Below, piece after piece: positions 39,595 to 52,432 of a DNA stretch of 64,000 bases. The translations under genes were made by a program, and so were the position numbers. How positions within the stretch are numbered: the first letter of the stretch is position 1; each line of letters opens with the position of its first letter. Location of the stretch: positions 62,001 to 126,000 of the forward strand of contig NW_026782425.1 in the NCBI RefSeq assembly GCF_031769215.1. The letters run 5' to 3'. Below the pieces are notes generated by a model. That model made no database searches. It had not been told where the DNA came from and saw only the letters and a program-made list of their open reading frames with translations. Source of the stretch: Ylistrum balloti. Taxonomy: Eukaryota.

Positions 39595-41751
39595 CATACT
39601 TCCAGTTATCATTGAACTCTGTGCCATCTACAAATTAAATGACTGTGATATGAAGATAACTCCAATAGTTTTCTGAAAACATGTAACATTTTACAAACAC
39701 TTGATCTTATATTAATTTCATGTGGAATTGTACTTGATATGTTTATTGCTACTCTGTTTATCATTGATGTATTTCTTTTACAATAAATTATTTGTTCATA
39801 TTCATATCAAACTTACGTCATGATTTTTGTTTATTATACACTGATGTAGATATAAAAACAGGAAGAACGTCAATGGGTAATATAACCAATTAATACATCC
39901 AGAATCGGAGACGCAGACACCAAATTCTATAGGCGGTGTTGTTGTTGCCATGGTTACTATCAGTTGACGGCTAATAACATTTTGTGCTATTGGGGGATAT
40001 ACATGTGCCAATCAAAGATACGCTGCAGTGTAAAGCAATCAGTAACAGCACAATTTAAAGATATTTACTTGTCTTTCTATTAATTTGAATTAAAAACTGA
40101 TAAATGATAGCAAGACATATTCTCGAGTTGATGTGACTAAAGATAAAGAAGTACCTATTGGGAGGTAAAAAGCATTTCCATCAAATTTTGTATGACAGTC
40201 TTGTGAAAATAGTTCTGGATCTGATATGTCCGTCAATCAATTATATATAATGCAAGGAAGACCTCTCAAATTATTGACTGTGTGTAGAATAGGTTAATCA
40301 GGCAAGCGTAAGAACGTATACACATCACAAAAGATTATCTTTCAAAAATGAACGTATTTGATAATGGATATTTGTTCTGTTGTGATGATTGAATGATAGG
40401 CAAAGACAAATTTATTTGGAAAGATATTGATGAAAGGCAATAGTTAAGTGAAAAAAACTTACAAATAAACTATACACTTCTAAGCTATTAGTGTTTAAAT
40501 ATTATCTTGAACATTGTTTTCAATGAAATTGATAGACAATGTACTTGACTTTTATAGAATTAAAATCCAAATAGATTATGTATGAGTTACCTAAATGCGT
40601 TTCGAAAAAAGAACCAAAAGCGAAAAAATAAAAATCAAGATACAGCAAGTATTAAAGAAAAACCCCAAATACTAGCGCACAAACAACGTATATAAGTATT
40701 ATACTGTCTGTAACTGAATCAACCATAAAAAAATTCACAAATAAGTCGAGTGTATGAAAAAACATTTTCCTTATGATGAGATGTAAAGAAAATGTATAAT
40801 AAGAAAATTTAAGGTCACTTCACAATACAGAATTTGAAAAATGCTCTAAATTCCACCATTAGTGACACGTCAGCCAAGTTCATCTGACAGAAGACAAGTT
40901 GAAATGGTACAGCAATATACAACGAAACAAGAACAGGATGACAAATACATCAACATAAACAAAACTAGCTGACAAGTATTTGAATGTCAATTCTGAAGAA
41001 TCTACTGGTATTACATAAACAATCCTGTTATAGAACCACCGTATAAATATATATAGAAAATGCAGAAAGGGGAAGGTTTGACGTTTGGGCATGGCATCCC
41101 ATTTTAAGATATGAAATATAAAATTCAATATTTAGTTAGGAAAAACTTTATTTTATATCTCTTAGTATGGGTGAAATGTGAAGATTTTAATCTTCCGAAC
41201 CTTACATGGTACATTTTACAAATGACACATGAGTATTATCATATGAAAATAGATATTAGATACATTAAGTGATAAATAATTTTATTATGTTTCTTTCAAA
41301 TTATAAATTCAGCTCCGTAATGCAAATATTTTGAAATATATCAATATTTCTGCAAACGTGAAGTGCATGTGTGCCTTCTGAGCCATTTTGAAAAATGTGT
41401 CTAATCCATAAAAAAGATTTTAGATATGATGCCCCTCAAATACATTCATGTATCAGGTGCACGATTTATGTTCGTATTTTCTTTTTAAAAATGTTATCAG
41501 AAATTCAAACCAATTTCAAGGAGACGCAGTATCAAGTACATTTACTTGAATTTGCCATAAAACACAGTAGTGAGGGAATAGTATACTTTTAAAGGCTGCT
41601 ATACAAAGTATTTTACATAGATCTTATTGCATTACATGCAAATTATTTTGCGTTAACATTTTAACTTTTAATTATTTAAAACAAAAACAAAAGAAAACGT
41701 AAAGTAAGAAACAAAACAAGGAAACAAAAACATAGCAAACAGGAAAAAACT

Positions 41752-41892
41752 TAACGATGGTTGACGTAACAAAACGTTAACATTTATAAAGAAATTGAGA
41801 AAAAAAGCAAAACATGAAAACAGAAAAAAAATCAAACAGGACAGAAGCTAACGATGGTTGACGTAACAAAACGTTCACATTTATAAAGAAAT
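41752..41892. repeat. 44 bp direct repeat (41752..41795 and 41849..41892, 1 mismatch) upstream of CavC
   Basis: TAACGATGGTTGACGTAACAAAACGTT(A/C)ACATTTATAAAGAAAT occurs twice. Confidence 0.9.
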
Positions 41893-42213
41893 GTTTAAAT
41901 ACATCAGACTGATTGTAGTTTTTAAGATCAATAGTTACAAAGTCGTACAGAGGTATTCAAAAGACACTGCCAGGAGGTTACTAACAGTCAGATCATTAAA
42001 ATACCTTATTATTATACATAATGACGTTTCCCTTGGATTCTTTTCATGGAATAAGACCCTCCCCTTTTTCATGCACTTATTCAGTGTTAAGTGACAGTTG
42101 TCAGGTAATCGCTTGGTACACAAAAAACAGAATATATTCGAACCACAGAAAACTGAGCACCACTTGTGTCCATTCCTTTACTGTGTGTGGATTGTACGAT
42201 ATTACCTACAGTC

Positions 42214-43274
42214 ATGGATGAGTCACCAATCGATCTGGAGCTAAGGGATCCCAATTCCTTGAATGCAAACGTGCAGGTACAAATCGTTTGTTTTAGTTCA
42301 GTTCTTGTTTTAACCTTTAAGTGTTTTAAAACGATATGTCTATTGGCAATATACGAAATAGCGATACATCGTTCCATTAAAAATTAAAATAGTAGATATT
42401 GTGTCATAATTGTGTGAGGGTGTTTTACCAACATTTTTTTCATACGCATGTACCCATTCAATATTATTTGTTCATAACTGAATCAGAACTAATTTTCAAA
42501 ACATTTCTTTTTGTATTTCATGTTTCGTATCAGGATTTCAGCTATATAATATTACTTACAATGTTTCTCACTTGATAACGATTAAGAACTCAGTGTTATA
42601 TTAAATCCGTTTAAAATCAGTAAACCAATGGAAATTACTATGCAAAGGAATTAACCAGACTTATAGGATATCAGGACTGTAGCATTGTATAAAAATGTCG
42701 CTTTTGTTCCTCTGAAAACGGCGTTTTAAATAGTATAAAGTTTATGTGCCCTATACATTTAATTTCTCTTCGAAGCAGCGTCAGAAACCACACACATTTC
42801 AGAACATGCTGTTTTCATCCTTAACGTTTTGAAAGATATCTGTTAAAACTACTCTTTTGTCGCTTATTTGTCCCTATCTTTCTCCTTTCACATTGGGATT
42901 AAGATTTCTATTGTATGTCCACAATCCCTTGTTCTCAATAGGTCGCCTTTGAAGATGTGCTAGGAGAACCAGAGGGAGCCCATAGCATCGACTGTGTCTG
43001 GAAAAACAGTTACAAATGCTTTACATGCGGAAAGAACTGTTGTTACAAGTTCATGAGCACACTGTGTGGAATATGTATCGCTCTGTACTGGGGATGTGAG
43101 TTCGCCATGATCACATTTGAGATGGTGTGGTGTTGTACACCTGCTCTCAAAGTTCACTCCATTTTTCTTGGAATCTGTCAACGTTTCTTCGGATCCTGCA
43201 TCCAGTGCTGTCTGGCTCCTGTTTGTGAAACACTCGGGTTGTGTTTCAGTAACATTACTATTACTAAGAAATGA
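42214..43274 (+). CDS. Caveolin-family protein CavC, 131 aa: join(42214..42276,42942..43274)
   Basis: MDESPIDLELRDPNSLNANVQ|VAFEDVLGEPEGAHSIDC...; GT-AG intron; AATAAA at 43631. Exon 2 is nearly identical to that of CavB. Confidence 0.93.
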
Positions 43275-43984
43275 TCTCCAAATTTGTAGCTGAATTCGTA
43301 CCTACTAAGGTTAACGAAATAAGCATTCCAAAATTTTGCAACGAATGTCCTACAAAGTTACTATGCTGATACGACCCTCCAAACTCTCTTGGACCGATAA
43401 TTTATTGTGAAACTGTTCAATAATACAGCACATTGTTCAACAGTTTAACAGCAAATGAGGTAACGCTATTTATTGAATCTACAGGATGATTAGACCTACC
43501 AGTTTCTGGAGGACATATGACTATCAGCAACGATCCACCTATGTGAAAATTTGTGATATATCGCATGTACTTTGCTCAAAGTTTTGTATCTCTACTAGAA
43601 CTGTGGGAATTTACCTCATTTTACCCTTTTAATAAATTATTTTATCATTTCTAAAAATTGTGTTAAATGTTATCATTGACATATTTAAAAGTGATTAAAA
43701 TGGCGACAAATTTAGCCACATCTAGGTCATTCAAGAAATGTCAAGTTTTCAAATAAGAACTACGTTTATAACAATTAACCACATAAACTAACTTGCCTTC
43801 TACCGAAAAGATTATTTAAGAACAAGATAATGCCAATTTGAAAGTGGAAATGAATTTTTTATCTGTGTTGCTAATCTTTCAGATTAATTCAGTTATATAT
43901 GAAATATATCGAGATATTAGAAACATAACCTTGAAAATCGTATCAATTGCGACACGTTCACGCCATAGGTTTGGGATGCAGGGG

Positions 43985-45440
43985 TGCTACTAGTCTGTCT
44001 TGTCTTTGATTTCCAGTTCTGGTGGGTATATACGATGGACGTGGTCATCAAAGTTCTTGTTATTTAAAGACAAGACATCATCCATATATCTGAAAGTGAT
44101 TTATAGCGACTTTGCGAAGTCTTTGTGACCTGTTTTGATAAACTCTTCGATAAATTCAGTCTCGTATGAAAACAAAAACAAGTCAGCCAACAGAAGGGCC
44201 CAGTTAGTTCCCATAGGTATGCCGATAGTCTGCTGGAAAATCTTACCACTAAACACGACGAAGATGAAATCTACCAGAAACTCGATCATTTTTATGATTT
44301 CGTCCTCTATTTATTTCTTATATTGGACGTATTTTTACGAAAGGCGTGCTTTCAGTGTAGAATGGGGTTAAGTGGTGAACAGAGCGTAGAATCAAATGTT
44401 CTTAAAGAGGAAACGCTTTTTAAGAAGAAGGTGTTAAATATTGGTAATAAGCTCTTTGGAATTCAGTAAATCCAAATACTATCAATTCGACTCCTTTAGT
44501 AAGCAGTATCACTTGCTCTAACTTGATAGTACTAAGAATGATGGTTAAGAGATTTGACAAAGGCTTGGTTGAATAGGTAGATGAACCAGAAATAAAACGC
44601 TATTTATATGGATGTTTGTGAAGTTAAGGAATCCATTATAAAAGGGGCAGGTCCGTATCCTTACAACTATCCGGCAATCTAAATAATTTTAGTATCTCTT
44701 CTTTTAAAAGATTGCATAATGTATGGGTGGGGTTACCTGCGTAAACAAGCAAGACTAGTTCTCGTTTATACAGAAAAAGTAATAATGTTTGCAGACGAGG
44801 ATGAAATTATTGGACACCTAATCTGTAGGCACAATGACATACATGTCATGTAAATCTGGATGTATGGATTTAATATCAAGATCGGGGAAAGCGGATGTAT
44901 GTTTTGTCTTCAAGCTGTAAATTAGATTGATGAATCGAATAGATTCCACCCACTCAGAAAGTGAATCCACGACATGTTTTTTTTTCATCCATTCTCAGGC
45001 ATAGTTTTAAATAGAATTCACAAATATTCTGAAATCCATATTCCAATTTACGTAAGGGGTCAAAATATTTAGGACCCTTCATGGAAAGCTCTCTTATCTT
45101 AACATTTTAAAAACTGCTTAAATCACCACTTACTATGTGCCCAATTGGACCCTAGTCATAAAAAAGAGGTTGATCAAGAACAAAGTGACAGGGGAGTAGT
45201 TCTTGGGTCATCTTCAGATGTTCCAGATGTTGCAGTGATTTTGTAGTTAAAAAGTTTGTAATTACAGTGATGTTTCTGCTTTGAAAGTATGGTGGAATAT
45301 TAGGTTGAAGAGTTTTCTGTTGTAAAATATTGCTGATGTTTTTAGCATTCACTCCCTTGTTTGCAAAACTTAACTTCCATGAATTGGTGAGTTGATTTAG
45401 GATCTCGGCTATCTGAAGGTAAGGTTTTAAAATTATGATT
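43985..45440 (-). mobile_element. Decayed Penelope-like retroelement ORF (N-terminal region through RT core), many stops and frameshifts
   Basis: Colinear minus-strand motifs: KLSFANKGVNAKNISNIL, GHIVSGDL, KGPKY, DSLSEWV, YVIVPTD.VSNN, DLPLL*WIP*LHKHPYK*RFISGSSTYSTKPLS, RTFDST, MIEFLVDFIFVVFSGKIFQQTIGIPMGTNWALLLADLFLFSYE, TFRYMDDVLSLNN, RIYPPELEIKD. Confidence 0.88.
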
Positions 45441-46830
45441 TTTGTCACATCATCAATAAGAAGTCTCCATACTGGTTTCCACCGGTCACCAGAAGCAGTA
45501 TTTGCTGAATTCTCTTGACGTTGTCGTAGCACGGAAGGAAGGGAATATAACGTAGTTCGACCATGATTGACAACTATTGATTACTGTAAAGTATCTCCAA
45601 AGGTGATGGTATATCCTCTAGATTTATTGTCATGCCTCTGTCCATGGCTACGGTTACGTCTAGTTTGAGGAGTGAATAAACCCATAACCTAGTGTTACTG
45701 CATCCTGCACTTGGCACGCGGCCATTGCAGTTTTATGACGCAGCAGTGCCAAGGAGTCTTATTTAGGTTCCTAACGTTATCTACGGCACGGTGTACTCAT
45801 TGTGGGGTCATTTGTTGTATTTTTGTGCAAATTAAGGACAATCATCGATAGTATGGAATGGTTCGGGATATTGAAATGTCGATACCAACATTGAACTCAT
45901 ACATTGTCTTAACTGTCCTTTGCTTTCACTAACATATACTAAACCACACAGAGCACACTCAAAATCATAAATAACGTTGAAAGTTGAGTATCCGTGATAA
46001 TCGAGTGCGCCTGGTTCTTTTGTAAAGTTGAAAGTATAATTAGCAGACCAGGACTGGGTAATTGTTTACTGTGTAATGTTGATATTGACATCAATAATTC
46101 ATTTATGATTTTAAGCTGTGTCTTTCAGAATGGCGAGCGTAGCTCGAGCGACCACAACCCTATAGATAACACGTGCAGCGGGAAAAAGTGCGAAGATTTT
46201 CTATTATATACTATCACTAATAAAGTTGTGACACGGAAGTTGAAGTCCCAGTAATTATTTCGGCCAATGGCGGATAGCAACATGGCGGACATAGCAATAA
46301 ATAGTTCCGGTCACCTAGACACTTCATTACGCGAGTAGACTACATGATTAACAACTTATCCGGTAAATCAGATTGTCTTAAAGAATAAACAAGTAAATCC
46401 GAAACATCAGGAATTCATTAGAAACACAATAAATACAATATTTATTGTAGCCAAATATTTTGTCACGTTTGTTTACCACAATGAAATGAATCAGTGATGA
46501 GAGAACAAGGGCACTGGCAAGTAACATTATCTTCCACTTTAGACGTTTACAGTGAATTTATCATTATATGTGTCTACAATGATTCAGTTTCGCATGCCGG
46601 TATACGACATATGGCTGTTTTCAGAAAGTGAAAGTGTAAATTATCTCTAGATATTTATAGGCATCAACTTGCTATCTATGGTGAAAATATTCTTAATAGA
46701 TAAGACATGTATCTCACAGATATCGAAATACAGATAACGTACGTTCATTTTAACTTTAATTCAATACCCTATCGTTCTTCTTACTAAGTTTCTATGTCAC
46801 TTAAAAGCATACTGCATGTACTTTGAAGTA

Positions 46831-47005
46831 CAATCAAACCTGCGTATAAAGGTCACTCAATGGAGCAGATAAAAGTGGCCTTTATACACAGCTGGCCTTT
46901 ATAGAGGTTAAATTAATATGAGCTGAATTATATATGGGACAAAAAACGCGCCCTTTGTAGACAGGCCGCCTCAAATAAAGTAGGAATTAAAGACAGATTT
47001 GAGTG
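46831..47005. mobile_element. Non-autonomous Tc1/mariner-superfamily (pogo/Tigger-like) MITE, 175 bp
   Basis: TA on both sides (46829-30, 47006-07). Terminal inverted repeats CAATCAAACCTG / rc CACTCAAATCTG (10 of 12). Internal inverted repeat GTATAAAGGTCAC...GTGGCCTTTATAC and GGCCTTTATA-type subrepeats. Confidence 0.65.
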
Positions 47006-47449
47006 TACTTTCTATGAATCTTTCCGTTCCCCTTCCTTGTTTACTTTCCTATTTGATTTAAACTACGAAACTACTGGAAAATCATAACTATGATGTTTGT
47101 TACTGGGTACATCACTATTACGTGATCACACGTTCTTACTTGGTTCCATCGATTGCATCGGTATTCCTACAATCAAACAAATAGGTTTGTCATACAAATA
47201 TATTTTCTTTAAATGATCTTACACGTGCTTTGCACTCAAGAAACAGGTCAAGCGGCTAAAAGAAATTGCGTTCGAATAATAAAATAAAAACAAAAGCACT
47301 GTCTGGAGAGGAAAGACTTCTCAATCTTCAATTATCGAAATATTCAATAATTATACATCAGATACAGGATTATATTGTTAGGTTGATTACCTATATAAAA
47401 GGCCTATGTAAATGTAATTCGTACCACGATATTTCACACAAGAGCTAAG

Positions 47450-47570
47450 GTTGATTTATGTGCTGTTAGAATCAAACACTGCCCATAACATCGATAGTGA
47501 TTGGACCAACAGCTGCAAATAATACCTGCGGAGGAAAGAACTGCTACAAGTTCATGAGTACACTGCGTCG
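47450..47570 (+). pseudogene. Decayed caveolin exon-2 5' remnant psi2 (possible matching exon-1 relic at 46130..46178)
   Basis: After AG|GTTGAT, allowing frameshifts, it reads AHNIDSDWTNSCK*..TCGGKNCYKFMSTLR versus AHSIDCVWTNSYKCFTCGKNCCYKFMSTLC in the intact paralogs. Similarity ends near 47570. The exon-1 relic (ATGGCG...CACGTGCAG, no GT donor) is weak. Confidence 0.75.
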
Positions 47571-48593
47571 TCAAAAATTTGGTTAAAGTTTGTGATATTT
47601 TGTTATGAAGTCTCTTTAGCAATGAATATTTTTAAGTATGTTTTGTATTGTTTGTTTGTGATTATATGCTAAAGGCATAATGAACTGAAGATGAGGATTT
47701 ATTTATTGTAAAACTGTTCCATCCATTTTCTAACAATGGAGCTTTCAAACAAGAAAACTTTTTTATATCAATGAATATGATCAAACATTGCTGATATTGT
47801 CCTTAGTTAAATGAAAGTTAGAAATATCATATCTGCAGTATTAGCCCAGTATGAAAATTAACTTTAGGTGACGTTCAATTGTATGAAAAAATAAAAATGT
47901 TGAAGTGTTTATAAAGATTTACTAACACATCAACAGTAAAATGATATTAACTTCTACAAGTATCGTGCTCTGTACGAGTATCCGAGTTGATCTCCTTGTA
48001 GCATCATGTCATGTACAGTTAACAGAATATCACCGTGTTCTGATATACAGGTATGTATGTACAGTGACATATATAGGATCTTACACCAGTATATGTATAT
48101 GGTCCTGATTTGCTACGTCACAATATAATATGTATGTGACGTCATTTCATATGTCAAAATAGGTTACATTGCATTTGTATATGAGAAATTACACCACCCA
48201 CCAAAATGCTACATTTTAGTTGTCACCTTTCCCAAATGAAACTTTTTCGGCATTGTATGTATTTGTATCATGGCCTTTTCAACGAAACAAAACGACGGTA
48301 TACGAGTCACATTAACTTTCACTTGTTCCATCTTTTTTCAAGTGGGGACGAACATTACAAAAACACTGAGCGAAAATGAAAAAGTCTGGCTGAAGGATAA
48401 AAATACTTTAAGGCGAATTAAAAATAACCGTGGACAAATGTTTCAACACATACTTTTTTGACAAGATATGATATATAAACGTTGAATAATTGTTGTAAAG
48501 GCTTTAAGTACAGTTTTGGAGAAACACGACAGAAGTATGAAACTGATGAAAGCTTATCAGATAAAGGAAAAATAGGAAATTTTGTTGATCTGT

Positions 48594-48720
48594 AGGACTA
48601 ATGCACATCCCTATCTAATTTGTGACTTTTCTTTCGATCACTTTAGATTTTCCTTAGTCGCCTCCTAGCTTTGAAATTTAGTCCTTTAGCACCAGTGACG
48701 AGTCCTGGAAAGACATAGCT
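48594..48720 (+). mobile_element. Dispersed repeat copy 3 with degenerate hammerhead motif
   Basis: ...TTTCGATCACTTTAGATTTTCCTTAGTCGCCTCCTAG...TTTAG...GCACCA GTGACGA GTCC TGGAAA GAC ATAGCT; homologous to copies 1 and 2. Confidence 0.6.
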
Positions 48721-50296
48721 CAGTTTACTTCATCATTTGACCCTACTGCATCTAACTCTTAAGTTGTGTTAAATGATTCTCTATTCACTTGCGTGTCTTT
48801 TGTAAAATCTCAGCATGACAAAGCGATATAACAATCAGCAAGCTAGTCATGATATAGACAATCAGCACACAACATGTTAAGGAGAGACAGAATGCATAGC
48901 CATGTAAACATGATTAACATAACACACATATTTGGTAAATCAACCGTAAAAGACATTGTACAGAGTAAAATAAAACAGTGGTGAAATCACACCAATCACT
49001 CTCTGGTAGTCTAAAAATAGTGAACACTGGAGACTTTTCAATTTGCATGAAACTATAGTTTATTCTGACGAGTTTAAACCTTAAATCTATATTTGTTAAA
49101 GTCTAAATGTTACTTATGTGTATCCAATGTACAATACTAACACATCGCTATAAAATCTAATCTACTTACTATATCTGACGGTAACACATACACTGTTTAT
49201 CAACAGCATTTCATCTTTAATGTTGCAATAATAAAAAACAAGTCATATTTAGCGTCAATACTAAGGTAAACACTAAAGAAGTAGACAGATTAAATGTTTA
49301 AGATGAACCGGAAGTAAACTTACGTACACGTTGACACGGTAATACAACAGATGTAAGGTAAGAGATTATGTATTTAACTAATCATTTTCTGTCTTGTTTC
49401 AAGGAATCTCTAACAATTACGTATCCTGTCTGTCCAAGACTAAGGTTTTAATGATATGATTTTAAGTACTAGAATAGTTATGATCATAATGATATCGATG
49501 TATTACCTACAAAGTTAATATCACTAACTTTTATAGAAAAACGCCACAGTAATCAACCGTTTAATTTCTTATATTGGAAAATGTCCTCTTAACTTCAAAC
49601 GGTAAACAATATTAACATTAAAGTCATACTTTGCTCCCCTAATTATTGTTAAACATGTATCTTCAAAAATTACTATTAAAACTGCTACATGGCTTAGACC
49701 TTCAAAGTGCGAGTTCACACACGGAGATATATTATTCAAAACGGTAGTTACATCACCGAAAGCTTGCTTTATTATTGTCAGTATACTTAAGTTTTTTAAT
49801 GAGTAATCATCGAGGTAATTAGCACAGTTCTGGTTACATAGACTACACAATATGTGAATTAAATCACTTCTACACGGATACATAAGTAATCAGTTTTCTT
49901 CTATTGTTTCTGATCACGCTGTGTTTCAATAAAATCACTACAAAGTTAAGAGAAATGGTACACTTATATATATCTAACATAAACCATATAAACATTTGCG
50001 ATAAAATCGAGCTTACAATCGAAATCCAGTCCATAGTTTTCTGAGCGAGAAACGAATCACGAAATTAGAGTAGACTGTTTATCTAACGTTAACAGAAAAT
50101 GTACAAATATAGTCCATTACAAACGGCCTTAAGTTTTCAACCAACACGACCTTCATAGGTGAAAATAATCTTCTTGGTTTGTAGACACTAGAACGTTGGA
50201 ACGAATAGCAACGACATGTTATTTTAAAACAAGTACCTCACTAGTTTTTAATGATCTGTCAGAAACAACTAAAAACGGGAATTTTTATGTTATTTC

Positions 50297-51377
50297 ATGA
50301 TGTCGTCTAATCGTTATGGAGGAGTTGATTTAGAAAACCGGGACATCAATTATATTAACGATAACCTTCAGGTAAGTTACACTGATTCTAGAATAGTGTT
50401 ACTTAGTACACGAATGTTCAAGCGGAATGCTGTTTAGTGATATATCTGGTCAGAACCTAAATACTTAAAGGTTAATCATAATAATGCAAGACTATTCCCT
50501 TTAGCTTAAAAAATCATCTCTGTCACAGATGCATATTTCGCCTTTGTTTCTCTTGTTAAACTCATACATACAAATACATACAAATTCCCTCTGATGTACT
50601 ATTTAGNNNNNNNNNNNNNNNNNNNNNNNNNNNNNNNNNNNNNNNNNNNNNNNNNNNNNNNNNNNNNNNNNNNNNNNNNNNNNNNNNNNNNNNNNNNNNN
50701 NNNNNNNNNNNNNNNNNNNNNNNNNNNNNNNNNNNNNNNNNNNNNNNNNNNNNNNNNNNNNNNNNNNNNNNNNNNNNNNNNNNNNNNNNNNNNNNNNNNN
50801 NNNNNNNNNNNNNNNNNNNNNNNNNNNNNNNNNNNNNNNNNNTTAAAGTCAGAGATGAAGAACATTCACAAGTTGTTGTTATCTGTCTAAACATCAGTAG
50901 ACAATGGTAAATCGAAATCATTTCAAACATGATCAAACTTTTTATTTTCTGATTATGATTACGATCTTATCAGTTAATGAATTAATGTATTGGTGCCTTT
51001 TTATTGTTGTTTTGAAGGTTGTCTTTGATGACGTTCTTGGAGAGCCTTGGGGAACACACAGTTTTAACTGTGTATGGAGTGTCAGTTTTTCGTGTTACAC
51101 ATGTGGAAAAAACTGCTGCTACAGATTTTTGACAATACTTTGCGGACTTTGCATAGCATTATACTGGGGATGCGAATTTGCTGTTATCTCTTTTGAAGTT
51201 GTATGGTGTTGTACCCCAATATTCAACGTATGGCAGATGATTATTGGAATATTTAAAAAGATCAACGAAACGAATATCAGATGTTGTATAGCACCATTCT
51301 GTGAAAACATTGGCCTCATATTTAGTAAAATACAATGCAAGACCAGATTAACTTATATAGACTTAAAACGTGTCTGA
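50297..51377 (+). CDS. Caveolin-family protein CavD (divergent), 144 aa: join(50297..50371,51018..51377)
   Basis: MMSSNRYGGVDLENRDINYINDNLQ|VVFDDVLGEPWGTHSFNCVWSVSFSCYTCGKNCCYRF...; GTAAGT donor and AG acceptor. The intron spans the N gap, so the exon pairing is assumed. Confidence 0.88.
50607..50842. other. Assembly gap (236 N) inside the CavD intron
   Basis: Run of N. Confidence 1.
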
Positions 51378-52432
51378 TGATTCAATTTTATCCGTATCAG
51401 GCACACCTGCTGGGATTGGGGTTAGGGCCGGTCTGTTTAAATATACCATACATTCCCACTATCATGTCTTTTTAATAGAAAGGTTTTGTCATATTTTATG
51501 TCGGATGTTTACATAGCAATTAATGATGACAACTGTCAATTCCTTTACAGAATTGTTTTAACTTAAACGTAAAGCTTCATATTTCTTGTTTTCAATTTTG
51601 ATAAGATACTGAACGGAAAACAATAATAGGAATCACAAAGCATTGAATAGTAGACTATTTTGTAATTTAGCTTCAAGAAGAGGTCTGTAACGAGGAGATG
51701 AAATATTCTCTAAATATACTACACTGTTTATTGGAATCGAGTCCCGATTCTAATCATAGAAGGTGCCTGGTGTGAAATATCATCGCATGCACCATGATAA
51801 ATATGGAGGATTGTAAGGCTATTTTTCTGGTGCTGTAAATTGTACATTAGAATGTCATAAAAGATATTACATACTAGGTTTAATATCACAAACTAAGGCA
51901 GAATCCCTTTCCATTTCGTATCTACAAGTATATAATAATTGTTTGCAGCAACAAAAACAGTACACAAATGATAAAAGCAATCCAAAACATATCTTATCCA
52001 AATCATAGACAACAGTTCTAATGTAGGGTGATGTGGTTTTGTTGACAAAATATCATGAAGATAATGATCCAAGTGTAACTTTGATCTAAAGATATGGATA
52101 AGATTACCTTCATGGCCTGATTCACTTGTTAAACTTCAATATTGGGCGCGTGCTTTAGCGGTAAATGGCTGTCGTTTTCTATCTATCGGTTATGTAAATA
52201 CCTCTCGAAAAACATTTACATTGTTTGACCATCAAATAGACAAATATGAAGACGGCGTTGTAGTTTGACCCACTTAAATGGCTTCAAATCTGAAAAGCTA
52301 GATGTTGTGTTTTGGAGATGGGTAGGTATGGATACGGGTAGTATATAAGGACCAAGTTGACAGCGAAAGTCTTAGACGCATTCTGAGACAACTTTGCAAC
52401 ACCGTAGGATATACCGGGAACCTACTTTCAAC

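Noticed and set aside
50562-50936. ORFs spanning the N run
   Set aside because: Artefacts of the assembly gap.
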